Assembly: GCA_037447605.1 (NCBI GenBank)
Contig: CM074812.1
Span: 1,674,001-1,738,000, forward strand
Length of the DNA: 64,000 nt
Reading direction: 5' to 3'
Origin: Zygnema circumcarinatum SAG 698-1b
Taxonomy: Eukaryota > Plantae > Zygnematophyceae
The translations under genes and the position numbers were made by a program. Positions 61,613 through 64,000 of this stretch are shown piece after piece. Within the stretch, counting starts at the first letter, position 1. Each line of letters begins with the position of its first letter. The notes under the pieces were generated by a model, which worked only from the letters and a program-made list of their open reading frames with translations, searched no databases and was not told where the DNA came from.

Positions 61613-64000
61613 CTCTCTTTCTCTCCCTTTTGTTCTATTTTTAATTGACTTAGTCATTGTGAAGAAAGCTCGAGTTACTGGGGGGTTCTTCGCCAGCCCG
61701 CAGATGCTTGCAGCTATAATAGGAGTGCTGGGCAGAGCAAAGCAAGTGGAGAAAGCAGAGCAGCTCTACTTCCACTTTGTTGGACCTCCCATGGAACATT
61801 CATCCCCAGCTACATCACCCATGACTTTATCAAATGCTCCAAATACTTCTACGGAACGGGCTCCGGAAGTTGCCATCTCCATACGAGAGCAGCAAAAGTA
61901 CGAACTGAGTGGAGCTCTCCACGTGCACAATGCGATGATGTGTGCATACATTCGAGCGGGGGAACATAGAAAGGTGGAGGGAGTTTTGCGGGAGATGAGG
62001 AATAAACGATGTGAGCCGGACCTGTTCAGCTTCAATATTGCAATTCATGCTAGTTGCAAAGCAGGGCTGAGAGAGGGAGAGGCGGAGGTGCTGTTGGGGA
62101 GAATGGAAGCAGCGGGAGTCAGAGCAGACAGCGTTACCTTCAACACTCTCATCCATGGCTGCTTTCGAGCAAGGAGGTGGGAACAGGGTGGGGTTTCTCT
62201 TTGCAATCAGAGGCCGGAAATCCTTAAACATTGGAAATTTGGAAGTGAGGGGAAAAGTTATTGACTTTGTGAAGGGTTCGGAAACGTCACAAACCTGATT
62301 GTGTGAAGACTTTTAGTGGGCTGACTTTGGGTTTTTGAAACCTGCATGTTCGGTGCTCGTTGAAAGAGGAGTTACGGAGGTGTCATGGAAAGGTGGAAGG
62401 AAAACGGGGATTGCAGAGAGGGAGAGGGAGGGAGAGAGAGAGACAAGGGAGGAGTGGGAGACTGTCTCCAGTTTCTTAAGAGTGGTGGAGTGTTTTCCTC
62501 CATGGCTGAGCAGGTTTCGTGAAGTGAGGTGGCTTTATGAGGAGATGGGAAGGAGAGGCTGTGAGAGAGATACGGCAGCGAGTGCAGCCTCTCTCACTGC
62601 CTGCCTGCATTTGAAGGACTTTGGGGGAGGGGCTATGGCTCTCACACGCCTACTGGTACATTCTATAACTCTAAAAGAAAAGGTTCTAAACTCTAAGAGA
62701 AAAGATTGTGAAATCTAAAAGGAAAAAGATTCTAAAACTCTAGAAGGAAATATTGTAATTGGTCTGCAAATCCTACACTCTTGAGGTTGCACAAGCTTCA
62801 AGTGGCTTTCTAAACCCCATAGCGCTGCATTTTGGGAGTCTTTGAAACCCCAATTGCCTGAATGTCGGCATTCTGAACCTCCCAAGGAATGGTAAAATTT
62901 GAGAGTTTGATTGGATAGTGAGAGCTTACAAACCCTGCAAAAGAAAGTGGTGGGTTTTTCATCTTCTTTGAACTCACAATAAGGCTTAGGTATTTTTGCT
63001 GTTAGACGCAAAATGGATTTTGAGATTATTTCATGACTTTTTTTTACGAAAGTATTTGTGGGGAGGTTGTTTTCTGACTGCGGATGAGCAGGAAATGGGC
63101 CATAAAGTGGAAGAGAAACAATATACGCAGCTGCTTCTTGGCTTAGCGAGAGAGGACCGGATTTCAGAAGCAGAGGAGGTTTTTCAGCTTCTCTCTAAAG
63201 CAGGGAGAGGACTGGATGAGGTGGGTTTTCTCCCTCTCCTCTCTCACTTGCTTCGATAGCTTCAGAAAGTAGCAAGGGAAAAATTGGCAGGGATAAGTTT
63301 GATTTATTAGCTTGCTCAAATGTGTTTTTCCTTCCTTTTGCTTTGGGTTTGACGTTTTGCAGGAAACTCAGAGCGCCATCATGGGCATGTATGCACATGC
63401 AGGGTATCCGCATCGAGCTATGCAGGTAAACCTGTAGTTTACAGTTTTAATAGGCTAATCTGCAGACAGCTTATAGACAGTTAAAAAGTATCGGACCAAC
63501 AGATTGAATGTCATTCAATACTTCATTGCATTCTTTATCGTTTGAGCTTCCTTTCGAGTGTAGAAGCTTGAAATTATGAAATATGGAGCGCTATAGAATC
63601 CTCAAGGGGGAAGTCTTCCGCCCCTCGTGCAGGTGGTGAGAGGAAGGGAGAGGGATGGGGAGAGAGATAATGCAGAGAGCTTCTCCTCCGCCATTGTCTC
63701 TCTCACTGAAGGAGCGGCTATGAAGGTAGCGGAGGAAGCCATGGCTTCTCTCCTCCACTCTAAAATGGAACCCTCTGTTTCCGCTGGGGAAGCCATGGAA
63801 AGGACCTCTGGAGGGGGGGAAACAATGGGGGACGAAGTGCGGCAAGAGAGAGAGGAGGAGAGAGAGGGAGAGGGAGAGAGCAAAGGGGACGGGACTGGGA
63901 GAGGTGTGCGATGGGAGGATGAAGGGAAGAGGAAGGTGTGGGGGAGGGAGACGAAGAGGGAGGGAAGCACAGAGGATGCAGATGCGCTTTGCAGAGATAA
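59866..64000 (+). CDS. P-class pentatricopeptide repeat protein, EMB1270/At3g18110-like, 3'-partial
   Basis: Exons 59866-60017, 60136-60915, 61240-61365, 61697-62187, 62525-62655, 63092-63220, 63363-63425, 63633->64000 join in frame. MQLTPADY..WQRGLELFHWL..SPQMLAAIIGVLGR..HVHNAMMCAY..RCEPDLFSFN..GVRADSVTFNTLI parallels the EMB1270 N-terminal repeats. Transit-peptide-like N-terminus. Confidence 0.85.

Overview
Eukaryotic, intron-rich green-plant (streptophyte-type) genomic DNA. The compact genes and introns saturated with CT/GA microsatellites suggest a streptophyte alga such as a zygnematophyte; this is inference only. I reconstructed exon-by-exon models, with frame and phase checked by hand, for 11 protein genes: SF3B2 (+, 5'-partial), RPL18 (-), RRP40 (-), a Pumilio/APUM (+), BLISTER (+), a highly divergent FT/TFL1/MFT-family PEBP gene (+), LUC7 (+), PRIM2 (-, broken by gaps and an artefactual 1.4-kb duplication), organellar-type TrmB (+), a GT92/GALS-like glycosyltransferase (-) and an EMB1270-like PPR gene (+, 3'-partial). 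The window also holds two identical tRNA-Arg(CCG) genes, a 562-bp pogo/Tc1-like MITE with TA target duplication, three intronic telomere-like arrays and many simple repeats. Nearly all long ORFs in the supplied track are microsatellite artefacts. The top lead is the florigen-family PEBP gene at 33895-35813. It keeps the exact FT exon sizes (62/41/224 nt) but has gained an N-terminal ExxxLL motif and a transmembrane anchor and has lost the DPDxP and GxHR pocket motifs, which suggests a membrane-tethered, possibly vacuolar or lumenal, non-canonical PEBP. Other leads are a 78-aa tandem repeat domain plus uORF/alternative-splice control in BLISTER, the promoter MITE, and 3' splice sites that lack adjacent polypyrimidine tracts.
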